Counted from the first letter of the stretch, positions 26,711-40,368 are shown. The stretch: 64,000 nucleotides of DNA from Eledone cirrhosa (GCA_964016885.1 OZ024741.1:306838001-306902000), one strand, 5' to 3'. Notes: a model not told the origin generated them from the letters alone. Numbers and translations: made by a program.

Positions 26711-27218
26711 GAGCGGAGCAAGCAATTATCAAACAATCTTTTAAATAAATTAAAAAACGATTTAAATATTCACCTATTCTATTGCCGTTACCGACGGTTT
26801 CACTAATCAAAAGATTGGAAATCCAATATATATATATCATCATCATCATTTCATTTTACGTCCGCTTTTCCCTGCTTGCAAGGGTGGGACGGGAACTGAT
26901 TCTGGCTTGATTTCTACAGCTGGATGCCCTTCCTAACACCAACCTCGTTTACAGTGAGTGCTGGGTGCTTTTTGCCGTCGTGCCTACACGTCCACTTCAG
27001 TGTGTGCTGGGTGCTTTTTTTGCCGTGGCACCTCCACGACCACTTTGCAGTGGAATGATATGGACCCCAGTCCCTATCATCTCATTTCTACAGCTGAGTA
27101 AACTGGAGAAATGTGAAATAAAGTGTCTTGCTCGAGGAAACAACACATCACCCGGTCTGAGAATTGAACTCACAACCTTTCGATTGCAAGGTCAATGCTC
27201 TAACCACTAAGCCATGTG

Positions 27219-27312
<94 letters not shown>

Positions 27313-27651
27313 AATATGATAATAATGTTGGCTGCCCGTTGCAAATGGTGGTGCATATGAAAAAGTGAGTCCTTCATCAGTGACCCTCCAACCGTCCCAG
27401 GCATTTCATCGCTTTAAGGGCCATATGCCTCAGGTTGGTGCGAACAACGGCTAAAAAAAGTCATAGGGACACGTAAATAAAGGGGACGTTAGGGTAACAA
27501 ACAAAATGGTTTAAGCAACGGAAAGTGAGAAGAAATAGACAAGTCCCAGATCTCTATGAATATAAACTCGGTGAAATCGTGAACAAGAGACAAAAGACCA
27601 TCAAACCTGGTTGAAATGTGAGAAAGGAAGGAATTTCGCACAAGTCTAACG

Positions 27652-27759
<108 letters not shown>

Positions 27760-27820
27760 GGTCTGGTCTACGAATTCGGTAAACATAAGTTTTGTGAAGT
27801 CGCAGACGAAAGAGAGAGAG

Positions 27821-27903
<83 letters not shown>

Positions 27904-28281
27904 GATATTAAACAAATGGAAACTATATTTATAAAACCATATTTATTTCATTATACATATTTCAGGGATACCATATTAAAAATATGGCATGCCTTCGTCA
28001 GATAAAATACAATATATAAACAGTTTTATAAATAATTTTGACGTACCATAAATATAAGCGACCATTAAGGTAGGAAGCTGGCTTGGTAGTGAAGTGTTTA
28101 TAATTATTTAGTTATAGTGTTAAGCACAGTTAGAAAGAAAGACGGAGAGAAAGAAGAAATGTATGTAAAGAAAAACAGAGAGAAATAGAGAGAAATAGGG
28201 GAGAGAGAAAGAAGGAGGAGGTGAAAAAATTTGGATAAAGTTTTCAAATCTAAATAAAATCCACCCCCCAACAAACTATTA

Positions 28282-30258
28282 ATGGATTTTGAAAACGATA
28301 TAATTTCTATCATCCAAGGAATCAAATTCAAGAGAAACTTCAAAGGCCAGGACTATCTAAGAAGCATTAAGGATAATATTGAAGGCTTGGAGAGAACAGA
28401 GAAGAACTTGGTGAAATCGGACAAAACCAACAACCTTTATGGAGTGCAAAAGGACATGTATAATGGCCTTATATTGAAGGAACTAAGGAAAAAGTACAAG
28501 GTAGCAAGTAAGGACGAACTGGAAAAAATGAATGCTGAGGCATCTTGTATAATGCATGAATTAGACATTGAGAACAAAACACAACCCTTCATGCCTAGGA
28601 AACCCAAGATCAATATGAAAGATCACAAAAGAAATTTTGAAAATGATTTGCCAGTCAGATTGATTGCACCATCAAAATCTGACCTGGGTAAACTTAGCAA
28701 AAACATTCTAGACAGGGTGATACAGCAAATTAAAAACTTACATAATTTACCTTACTTAAAGTTATGGAAGGGGACTGGTGAGGTTATTGAGTGGTTTAAA
28801 GAAATTAAATATAACAATAATAATAAATTTATTCAACTTGATATTGCTAACTACTATTCATCTATCACCCCTAATCTACTGAATAAGGCACTAAATTACG
28901 CATTCAAACATACAGACCTAACTAGCAATGAAATGCACATTATATTATCGGCAGGGAAAACATTGATAGAATTTAATAACCAACTATGGACTAGGGCAGA
29001 TAGAGATAATAATTTCGACATAACCTTGTGGGCCTATTTATAATTAATTCGCTGCATAGAAAAATACCAGGTGTAACCGGAGGATTATATCGTGATGACA
29101 TGCTTTTATTTATTGAAAATAATAACTCTGAACTAAATAGAAAAAGAAAACAAATTATACAATTTTTTAATTACCTTAATCTAAAAATAGAAATAGAGAA
29201 TAACCATAGAATAGTCAATTTCCTAGATGTAACACTAAATCTCAACACATGTATTCACTATCCATTTCACAAACTAAATGAAAACTTGAATTATGTCAAT
29301 TTTAACTCTAATCACCCCAGATCTGTTAAAAATACTATTGTGAACTCTGTTCAAGAACGAATCTCAAGAATTTCATCTAATAAAAATATTTTCGACGAAA
29401 AAGCGCAGTATTACAATGAAGCGTTAGCTAGAGCAGGATATAGTGATAAAATTAAGTACATCGATAATAATAAGCAAACTAACCAAAATAATAACAATTT
29501 TAATTACGGTAACAATATTAACAACTATAATAGAAAACATTACAATAATTCCAAAAGCCGGAAAAGAAATAGAACTAGAAATATAATATGGTTTGCCCCC
29601 CCTTTCTCACTAAATATTAAAACCCACATTGGTAAACTATTCTTTAATGCTCTTGACAAACGCTTCCCTAGAACACATAAATATCACTCAATTTTTAATA
29701 GACATACTATAAAATTAACTTACTCGTCCACCAAAAATTTAGCACAAAATATTAACAGAATTAATAATAGGAATTTAAAACCTAACCAAAATACCAATAA
29801 TAACCCAAACAATATTCAATTAAATAACTGTAACTGTAGAAATAAATCTAAATGTCCGTTAAATAACAATTGCTTAGTTAAAAAATATAATATACAATTG
29901 TAATGTTAAAACTAACTTAAATTCTTTCAATTATGTTGGTTCCACCTCGACAGAATTTAAACTTCGCTTCAATAATCATAAGAATTCTTTCACAGATCCA
30001 AACAAAAAATCTTCAACTTCGCTATCAAGCTTACTCTGGCAACTTAAACGTGATAATGTTGGGTATTCGATGTTTTGGAATATTGTCTCAAGAGGGATTC
30101 CTTTTAATTCCTCATCTGAGACATGTGATCTCTGTGTGGAGGAGATCTTCTTTATATTAAAATCCAAAAATTCCCTTAATCTAAGGAGCAATTTATTCAG
30201 TTGCTGCAGACATAGATTGAACTCAACGTTTAAATATAAATATAAATTTAAAATGTAG
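28282..30258 (+). pseudogene. PLE reverse transcriptase + Cys-rich linker + GIY-YIG endonuclease
   Basis: KDHK..PVRLI, FIQLDIANYYSSI, FDIT (short deletion/frameshift in motif B), GLYRDD, VNFLDV, CNCRNKSKCPLNNNC, a frameshift near 29880, then IIY...YVGSTSTEFKLRFNNHK, CDLC and CRHR. Confidence 0.92.
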
Positions 30259-31912
30259 TATAATTAATTAAGAAATTTAATTAATGTATGAAACCTGACG
30301 ATAAATCTTTCGATTCCTTCAACTTTTTCTTTTAAACCTTCTTCATAAATATAAACAAATGATGTAATTAAACTACTCTAAAATGTAGATGCTCCCAACG
30401 TATTAAATAAATTTTACGCAAGATAAATTTCTATACTAAATATAAGAGCATCCGTAGAACCACAGGGTCTTCTAAATCCTTTAAATAAATTTTGTTAAAT
30501 AATTTTTGGTTTTTTATTTGCTTTTTGATTCTGATTGCTTCTAAAAAACTTTGTAATATATTGTCTGAAAAATTGGAAGGATACATTTCTGTGGTAAATA
30601 TATGAAGCATACTGTTTTGTGGCCTGAGATACTCTAGGGTGTGTTGAAAATATTTTAACGTTTAGATATTTCTGTGCTGATATATTGATATCTGGTTATC
30701 TCTATACAAAGGCCATATGTATTAACATGCATATGGAAAGATTACAGAGTCTATTTTATCTGTTCATGTGCCTGTATGTGTGCATAGAGATGCTAGAATA
30801 TTCACGCAGATATCTTATATATATATATATATATATGTAGGTATAGTTCTGTATATGTTACAGATATGCATAATATTATATACATGAACGATAATCATAT
30901 GTGTGAGGGCATGAATATTAATGGTTTATTTTTTATGTATATATATATAGTGAAATTTTTTTCTATAACACAAGGACATTTTTTTATGACACAAGAAAGT
31001 ATAGAGTTGATCACGTAAAGTCATTGTATGTCTATATTATCGACTAGAGCTTGACATAACTTTCTCTTTTTCTTTTTTCAGAAAGTGCATATACGTATAT
31101 ATATATATACATATATATCTCCGTATTTTTATAAATAGGGTAATTTTTTGAAGATTTATCTCAGATTTTGGTACATTGACCTCAGAGTTTTAAACTAAAC
31201 ATATGGTCATTATTGAGCAAAATTATTTTCTCACATTATATATCTATGTCTCATTCATGAATATTGATATTTACATTATATTACCCAGTTCATATGAATT
31301 GATAATTCAAATTGATAGGACATGACGTAAAGATGTAACTGTATCATCCCTCTCTCTAGATATAGCTCTTTCTTCTCCTCTCTCTTTATATATGATGAAG
31401 TTTTATGTATCTGTCTCTTTGATTTTGCCTCTCATGTTTCTCTCTTATCTCTCTCTTGGTTTTCACCTCCCCCTATATAATTATTATTATTTTTTCTCCC
31501 TCTTTCTTTTCCTCCCACCTCTCTCTCTCTCTCTCTGTTTTCTCTTCATCTCCATTTTTTTTCTTTCTCTCCGTCTCTTCTCTAACTGTGCTTAACACTA
31601 TAACTAAATAATTACCGTACTCCCTCTCTCTTAAATCTCTCTATTTGTATGGTGAATTATTATTATTCATCTGTTGCCTTTGGTTTCCTCTCTTTTTTCA
31701 CCTCCTCCTTCTTTCTTTCTCCCCTATTTCTCTCTATTTCTCTCTGTTTTTCTTTACATACATATCTTCTTTCTCTCCGTCTTTCTTTCTAACTGTGCTT
31801 AACACTATAACTAAATAATTATAAACACTACACTACCAAGCCAGCTTCCTACCTTAATGGTCGCTTATATTTATGGTACGTCAAAATTATTTATAAAACT
31901 GTTTATATATTG

Positions 31913-31978
31913 TATTTTATCTGACGAAGGCATGCCATATTTTTAATATGGTATCCCTGAAATATGTATAATGAAATA
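31913..31978 (+). ncRNA. Hammerhead in the PLE 3' pseudo-LTR (antisense copy at 27944-28009)
   Basis: tattttat-CTGACGA-aggcatgccatatt ttt aatatggtatccct-GAAA-tatgta-TA-atgaaata. Confidence 0.88.
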
Positions 31979-32109
31979 AATATGGTTTTATAAATATAGT
32001 TTCCATTTGTTTAATATCGTATATCTACTCTAAAAACTTGTCGAGTGCTTTATATCGGTTATAAAATATTTACTTGTTGTAACCCAACAATTTTAAATAA
32101 AACTTTTGC

Positions 32110-32150
<41 letters not shown>

Positions 32151-32557
32151 TGCGTCTTTTTGTGTGTGTGTGCTGACATAGATATATATAACACACACAG
32201 TCACAGTATGTCTTGTGTGAAAGAGAGAAAGAGATGTTAAGTTGAGGAAAGGGGGGAGTTGAACAGTGTGTAAAGAATAGATAAATAAATAAAAGTTCCT
32301 CACTCTCTTTCTTTCTCAACCCCTCTCTCCCTTTTTTCTCATACCATCTCTCTCTCTTTCTCTCGCTCTCTCTCTCTCTCAATTATACCCCCCTCTCTCT
32401 CTCTCTCTTTCTCTACAGAATGGAGAACAACAAAGAACGCACATATCTCTTAACCCCCCCCCCCTCTCTATCTGAATATCTTGTACCTCTCTCTGTATAA
32501 CGACCTATCTCACTCTCTCTCTCTCTACATCTCCCTTTCTCTCTTTAGATGCATAAG

Positions 32558-32592
<35 letters not shown>

Positions 32593-32875
32593 GTGTATGT
32601 GGTTTTCGTGCAACCAGCCAACCAATATTTATCTAGGGCTGCATTAACAAAAACGTGAAACTTTTATGAGTCCAAAATACTCCTGGGAACATAACGCATG
32701 TTTGTTCCAAATTGGAATAAAATCGGTTGCAAACTGTAGAAGTTCTGTGGGTACGGACTTACACACACACATCCTCAGTTTTGCAAGCGTGGAAGATGGA
32801 CGTTAAACGATGATGATGATGATGATGATATATATATATATATAGTAATAAGCAGCGATTCTTTGCTTAAACTTT

Positions 32876-32931
<56 letters not shown>

Positions 32932-33137
32932 AGGTGAGTTTTATTGTAGTACAATAAAGCAATGCAGATATCGGATAAGAAGCACTCTACAGTTTGTATA
33001 TATATATATATATATTTATTTAATATATTTGATATATATTTATCCTTATCGAACCCTCTTTGGATTTTAGTCTTCAAATTTATTATCATTACTATATATA
33101 TATATATAGTTATATAATAAACAACATAAGATAATTA

Positions 33138-33198
33138 TTTCATTTACCAGTGGTTTCTTGAAAGCAAACAAAATGTGTCTTCAATCATCAGAATGAAA
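33138..33198 (-). ncRNA. Type I hammerhead, canonical core, within fold-back 33166-33314
   Basis: tttcatt-CTGATGA-ttgaag..15 nt..tttcaa-GAAA-ccactgg-TA-aatgaaa. Confidence 0.8.
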
Positions 33199-33539
33199 AA
33201 ATCTTGGTGTATTTATTGACAATAGATTTTAAAAAAAAATTTTTTAAATCCATTGTTTGTCAATAAATACAGCAGGACTTTTTCATTCTGATGATTGAAG
33301 GCGAATTTTGTTTGACCCCCCCTATCGATTTTTATCTGCAGAATGACCCCGGAATAAAAAACGATAGGCTGATATATAGAACAATGTAAAGTTTCCTGAA
33401 AATCAGTCGTAAGATGTAGGCCCTATAGGTAACACACAGACACACACACATACTTAATTTTATATATATACAGATTGTGTATATATATATATATTGTATA
33501 TATATATATTGTACATATATATATTGCATATATATATAT

Positions 33540-33655
<116 letters not shown>

Positions 33656-33682
33656 ATTGTATATATATATATATTGTATATA

Positions 33683-33971
33683 GTATTAAAAAAAACGAAA
33701 AATCAGTGATGCATCTGGACTCAGTTTATTGCGTGTTACAATCGTTTCGCCGGCAGGTAGCTCGAGACATAATGGTAAAAGAATTCAGTAGCAAATTTTC
33801 TCACAGTGAGAAAATTTGCTCCGAAATAATTGCATGTGTCCGAAGGAACCTGCAGCCGTAGAATCAGCCAGATCCATACAGTGATCATGTCTCGAGCATC
33901 CTGCCGGCGAAACAATTGTAACACGCAATAAATTGAGTCCAGATGCATCACTGATTTTTCGTTTTTTTATA
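33683..33971. repeat. Fold-back cassette with a nested perfect 15-bp hairpin and an HHR-like motif
   Basis: Arms 33683-33770 / 33887-33971. Spacer hairpin agcaaattttctcac-a-gtgagaaaatttgct (33790-33820). Motif tgtgt-CCGAAGG...GAAA-caattg-TA-acacg. Relatives at 22463-22530 and 57380-57540. Confidence 0.75.
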
Positions 33972-34090
33972 CTATTCACACTCTGCTCTGTAAGAATATT
34001 GAGTGCTAATTTTGGCATACCGCCTATGGAAGCACCATAGGTACCATTATACACACGTATATATTGTATATATATATATATATATATATA

Positions 34091-34155
<65 letters not shown>

Positions 34156-34462
34156 ATCATCATTCATTTTCAAAATGAAAAAATGCTGATGATATATATA
34201 TATATATATATATAGTTAGAGAAGCAAAAAATTGCTTATTGTAATCCAGTTTTTGGTTACGAAAGCCAGTTTCATGGATGGTTTCAACGTACGGTTAGGG
34301 GTAACTCCACAAGTTTGTAAGAATTCCGTTCAATCTTGGAGTATAAGTATAAAAGAGAAAACACAGGTAAGCATTAAGAGAAGGATTTAATCCAGGTATT
34401 TACGACCGTTTCATTGGTAAGTGCAACCTTATATTGCTATACTGCAAATAGCAGCCACTCAA

Positions 34463-34566
34463 GTATTTTGAAAATTTGGACTGTGAACAACAATTATAAT
34501 TGAGTGGCTGCTATTTGCAGTATATCAATATAAGGTGGCACTTACCAATGAAACGGTCGTAAATAC
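34463..34566 (+). ncRNA. Hammerhead, U3-A8 core, 75-nt stem II domain, in fold-back 34348-34614
   Basis: gtatt-TTGAAAA-tttgg...ccaat-GAAA-cggtcg-TA-aatac. Confidence 0.72.
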
Positions 34567-34605
34567 CTGGATTAAATCCTCCTCTTAATGCTTACCTGTG
34601 TTTTC

Positions 34606-34639
<34 letters not shown>

Positions 34640-34642
<3 letters not shown>

Positions 34643-37600
34643 CAAATACTACTATTACTACTACTTTTCTTCTAGCCCTTACCAGCCCCAACAAACCCTG
34701 CCATTATTGCTACTACTGAATTCTTTTACCATTATGTATGGATGAGCTGAGGATAAATGGAGCAACCTCGAATTAATAAATTAATATGAATCCGTGAGTT
34801 ACCAAGCATCCATGTGAAGCTTTAATTCAGAGACAGGAAGCATACACACACCCTCGCAAAAATTCACCCTTTCCCACGAATGTTGGCAAATGCCAAAACT
34901 CCGAGTTGGAACCATCAATGTAAGCACAATGAAAGGAAGAGCAGGAGAAATCGTAGAGATGCTAGAGCGAAAGGAAATTGATGTATGCTGTGTGCAAGAG
35001 ACTAGATGGAGAGGAGAGTCCGCTAGACTCCCTGTAGGCGAAAGTCAGTGCTACAAATTTTTCTGGGTGGGAAATGACAATGGGATGGGTGGTGTAGGTA
35101 TAGTATTAGCTGACAAATGGGTTGATAAAGTAATCTCAGTGAACAGGGTGAATGCAAGAATCATTAAACTCAGACTAGTCCTAAATAAAACAATTGCCAC
35201 AATAATATCAGCTTACGCACCCCAATTGGGGTTGCCAGACGAACTTGAGGATAGGTTTTACGAGTCCCTAATGCACACTACTGCCCCAACAAACGACAAT
35301 GACTTCCTAATCATTGCAGGAGATTTTAACGGACACGTAGGTAAACACCGTGACGGCTTCTATAGAGTCCATGGGGGCCACGGTTTTGGCACAAGAAATG
35401 AAGAAGGGTTCATTCTTCTAGAATTCTGCGACGCCAATGACATGTCGATATGTAACACAAACTTCAAAACACCCGACAACCGTCTGATCACCTATAGATC
35501 AGGGGAGCATTCGAGTCAGATAGATTTTATCCTCATCAGAGGACATGATAGATGGCTGGTCGTAAACACTAAATCCTTCCCTAGTAAGAAATAACTCCCA
35601 AACACAACTCAGTTGTCAGCGACCTCACTGTCAGAACTAGACGAACTTGGAAACAGAAGGAAACCTGGAGAAGAAAGATCTGGAAGCTGAAAGACCCTCA
35701 GCCTGTAACAGAAATAAAGATATTTTACTCGATGCCTATGACAGTAAAGAAGAACAGATAGAGACATTCAATGTAGAATAGCACTAGGTGTTCCTAAAAT
35801 ATAACTTACTAAAGGCGACGGAGAAGATCTGTGGTTGGAGGAAGACCACAGGCAGGAGGAGAGTGATTTGGTGGTGGAATAATAGGGTACATGAGGCAGT
35901 TAAGGCTAAAAGACAGGCATGGAAAGAATGGAAGAATAGGGGAAGCAGGGTACATTACATAGAGACCAAGAGGGAAGCTAGGTGACAAGTACATACTTAG
36001 CTAGAAGGGAAACGGAGGATAGAAAATTCAAGCATGTTTTGCAATCTGAGGACCAGAAACGGGAGGTGTTCAAGAGGCAGTGTGTCAGTGAGAATTGTGA
36101 TGTCATTGGCGAGAAGTGTATCCGGAATGATAATGGTGAGCTTGCCCTCACAAGTGCCAAGAAGAAAGATGCGTGGAAAAGCCATTATGAAAGATTACTA
36201 AATGAGGTGAATGCATGGTAAAAAGAGACGCTACTCAAAATAGACCCTATAGAGGAGCCAGCAGTGCAAGTCAGCAGCAGCGTAGTAAGTAAGGCAATCA
36301 AAGATATGAAGACAGGGAAGCCAACCGGTCCATCGAGTATAGCTGCCGAGATGCTGAAGGCATCTGGGTAGGTAGGTCGCCCCATAATAACACGTATTGT
36401 TAACCAGGTAATACTAGAGGGTGTCATACCAAAGGATTGGTGCAGCAGCATTATTGTCAACTGCTACAAAGGTAAAGGTGATGCACTAGATTGAGGAAAG
36501 TATAAAGGTATAAAGCTGATGGACCAGGTCATGTAAGTAACGGAAAAAGTTATAGCATAGTTGATTAGGGACCGGGTGAAACTAGATGAGATGCAATTTG
36601 GGTTTGTGCCAGGAAAAAGCACCACTGATGCCCTCTTCCTTGTGAGGCAGTTACAGGAAAGTACCTAGCTAAAAGTAAGCCACTCTACCTGGCATTCGTC
36701 GATCTGAAGAAAGCCTTTGATAGAGTCCCTTGTGCTATAATATGTTGGGCTCTTAGAAAATTAGGAGTAGATGAATGGTTTGTGAAAGCTGTACAAGCAA
36801 TGTATAGAGGAGCAGACAGCAAAGTTAGGATTAGCAATAACTATAGCGAGGAATTTAGCATACAGGTCGGTGCCCACCAGTGCTCGTTTCTTAGCCCTCT
36901 CCTGTTCATCATAGTTTTGCAGGCAATAACAGAGGAGCTTAAGACCGAATGCCCATGGGAACTCCTGTATGCAGTTGACCTCCCACTTATAGCTGAATCT
37001 ATGGTAGAACTATAGAAGAAATTCCAAACATGGAAGCAGGGACTAGAAAGAAAGGGTCTCAAAGTCAACCTGACAAAGACTAAGGTCCTTGTAAGTAGAC
37101 GAGAAAACAGAACCCATATCCCCTCAGGGAAATGGCCTTGCTCAGTATGTAGGAAAGGTGTAGGTAGGAACTCCATTCTCTGCCCCAAATGCAAACAATG
37201 GGTACACAAGAGATGTAGTGTTATCTCAAGAAGCTTAACTAAGAATGTAGGCTTCACATGTAGCAGCTGTGCTGGGACAGCAAGCAGCAAACAGCCACAG
37301 GAAACAAGCACCACCAAACCCTGGGAGGGCTCTGTAGAAACAGTAGATAGCTTCTGCTACCTAGGTGACCAAATTAGCAGCGGAGGTGGGTGTTCGGAAA
37401 GTACAATAACTAGGGTAAGTACGGGATGGAACTACTGCCACTGCTAGCTGCAAAAGGCTTTTCCCACAAAACAAAAGGCAGACTGTATGATCCGTGTGTA
37501 GCGAAATCTGTCCGCGCCTTGAACTTTGGGTGATACCTAGAGATCAAATTTTAGGTCACCACATTTATTGTTAACAAGTTCATGCGTGGGCTGTCCTTTC

Positions 37601-39076
37601 AGATTGGGGGACAGGAAGTGACAGCTGTATATAGACCCTGTATCAGGCCATTCCACACAGAGACATCGAAGCGATAAGATATACAACTAAATATGTAAGG
37701 ATTTACTGCTATCAATAGACCCCCAGTGGTCTACAAACAGAGATATCGAAGCGCTAGGATACACAACTAAATATGTAAGGATTTACTGCTATCAATAGAC
37801 CCCCAATGGTCTACAGCCAGAGACATCGGAGGACCTCACCAAATAACAAGCTATGTAAAGATTCATCACTATTCAACAGACCCCATGAAGTCAACAGATA
37901 CACCCAGGGCGATCGGACCCTGCTATACAGAATACAAATGTGGAAGATTCACCCCTGTATGCAGTTCTCGGTATTTCTCAGTTACTACAGACCATACAGA
38001 GCTATACATACCATACTCTCTTACTAACACGGTCTAACAACTATTACCACGAATTCCAACAACAACAACAATTATCATCTGTAACTCGCTGTTTTAACAC
38101 CACCAACAACAACAGACTACAACAGCCTACACTTCAACAACAAAATAATATTGTCAATCTTTGCAACTTATGGTAACTTGTTTATTGTACCTTTTAATTC
38201 ACGTCAAGTAAACTATATATAACCAAATCATATAATCTTATATTCATTATATTCTCTTTATTACTTTTATTCATATGATACTTTGTTATTATCACATATC
38301 TAAATAACCACATATAAACTATCTAAACTTTTCATTTATACCCTTCGTTACACGTGTATACGAACAGAAATGTTACATAGTAGTGAGACCTGGGCGCTGT
38401 CTGTAGAAGACTTGCGTAGATTAGAAAGAAACGAAGCCTGCATGCTCCGATGGATGTGTAATAGTAATATATGCGAACGGCAAAGCATAAACGGATTGAG
38501 AGAGAGACTGAGCATAAGAGGAATCAAATGCTGTATGCAGGAGAGGCGGTTGCGTTGGTATGGACATGTGATGCGTATGAAGGATGACAGCTGCATAAAA
38601 ACCGCGGAGTGGGGAGACCCCAAAAGACCTGGGATGAGATGATAAAAGCCGACCTTACCCAATTACACCTCTCAAAGGCGATGACACACGAGCGTAACCT
38701 CTGGTGTCACGCACTAATACAGAAGACGTGACCCCCCCATGGGTACAAGCCGAAGCTGAAGCATATAGACAATATGCCCCACACCCTCTCACTGCAAAGT
38801 GGTCGTGTAGGTGCCATGGCAAAAAAGAACCCAGCTGACACTGTAAAGTGAACGTGTAGGCGTGATGCAAAAAAATCACCCAGCACTCACTCTAAATGAG
38901 TTTGGTGTTAGGAGGGACACCCAGCTGTAGAAATCAAGCCAGAATCAGTTCCCATATGAGCAAGGCATGGTCAGCTGACCGGCTACTGCCCACAACAGGA
39001 CAACCCGTCTAACCCATGCTCGCGTGGGAGATAGAGGTTAAACGATGATGATGATGATGATGGATGATAATGATGT
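34640..39076 (+). mobile_element. Near full-length RTE LINE (same subfamily as 12850-16238), interrupted by a solo LTR
   Basis: APE ORF 34890-35594 (LRVGTINVSTM, CVQETRW, AYAPQ, GDFNGH, QIDFIL), RT remnants with stops, and a (gat)n tail. Confidence 0.93.
37497..38352 (-). mobile_element. Solo LTR (probably Gypsy/Ty3-type)
   Basis: TGTAGCGAA...TTCGTTACA termini and a 4-bp TSD CGTG (37493-37496 / 38353-38356). Contains about three ~80-bp tandem repeats at 37657-37900. The minus strand has a TATA-like motif followed by AATAAA. Confidence 0.85.
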
Positions 39077-39077
39077 A

Positions 39078-39735
39078 TATCATCATCATCATCATCATCA
39101 TCATCATCGTTTAACGTCCATCTTCCACGCTTGCATGGTTTTGGACGGGAATTTTCCCACTTGAGGCAAGATTGGTTGTCTTGCTCGTATAGGACTGTCT
39201 GGCGGGTTTTCTACGGCTGGATGCCCTTCCTAACACCAACCACGTTTACAGTGTGGACTGGGAGGTTTTTACTGTGTTATCTACACAGCCACATTACAGC
39301 GTACACTGTGTGTTTTTTTGTCGTGACACCTACACGACCTCATTTATTTAGGACTGGATGTTGTGGTACCAACATAACTTTACATCGAAGAGGGGGGGGG
39401 GTAGTGGGACGGGTGTGTATTTTGGTAAGAGGTGCCTACTGACTGTAGGTTTCGCGTTGCACTTAGGCAAGGTGGGTCTTCTGTATTACTGTGTAGCGCC
39501 AAAGATCTCGGTCCAGTGACATTGTCTTGGAGAGGTGTAAGTGTGTGAGGTCGGAATTTATCAAGTCGTCCCAGGTTTTTCTGGGTCTGCCTAGTCCGTG
39601 GCTACCGTCTATTATGATCGCCCTGCACTTGTTTATACAGCTGTTGTCTTTCATGCGCATCACGTGACCATACCAACGTAGTCTTCTCTCGAGTAAACAG
39701 TATCTGATCCCTCTTATTCCTAATTTCTCACTTAG
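39078..39735 (-). mobile_element. RTE LINE 3' end (5'-truncated)
   Basis: RRLRWYGHVMRMKDNSCINKC...GRPRKTW, 3' UTR and tail. Confidence 0.88.
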
Positions 39736-40368
39736 TATCTAATAATAAAGGAACTATTTATAGTTATGCATATACTATACTATAAACAACTATAAACATG
39801 AAAGGTCAGTAATTTATTACTACCTTATTACCAGTAAGAGAAATAGCTCAATGTAAGAACATCAGGTGTTTTACAGAGCAGGAATATAAAATACACAAGT
39901 ATCAAAGTTATGTTCAAATCATTTAATCGCTGACAATTGTTTCTTCCAAACTTTAGTTTGGAGTCATCGGAGCATTATCAATGTTTGTACATATAATTAA
40001 CCTCCTATTCAACTGAACAATCATATAGATACATATATATTGATGTTGTGAACAACAGTTTAGTATATATAGGGTGTAATGGATGCGACATATATTATAC
40101 GAGAATTGTACAATAATTAAAATTAAAATTAAAATTAAAATTAAAAGCACAGTGTGGAATACATGCGGCAGATAATACAAGAGAATAGTCTAATAATTAA
40201 AGAGGCATTGAGAAAGAAGTATTCAAGCGTGTAGAGATTGTACATGAGTTGGTCATATATATGGGAAGGAAACAAGCAAATGTATTAGGCCTATATGAGT
40301 ACTGTATGTCAAGGTATAACATAAAATAAAATACAAGCACAAAATAAAAGACAACTTTATATATATAT

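Larger units (their letters stand above)
27901..32110 (+). mobile_element. Nearly complete Neptune-type Penelope-like element with inverted pseudo-LTRs
   Basis: ORF remnants at 28282-30258. 27901-28229 is the reverse complement of 31693-32021. A ~90-nt 3' tail follows, and (TA)n lies on both sides. Confidence 0.92.

Noticed and set aside
26785-26825. Minus-strand GAAAccgtcggTA half-hammerhead
   Set aside because: The 5' core half is missing (truncated by TA repeat), so it was not counted as a ribozyme.
27330-27445. Minus-strand CTGATGAAG and CTGAGGC...GAAA motifs
   Set aside because: The first has no downstream GAAA, and the second has no A15.1-U16.1 pair or NUH site.
37657-37900. CRISPR-like repeat array
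   Set aside because: These are contiguous ~80-bp tandem repeats with no unique spacers, inside a eukaryotic solo LTR.
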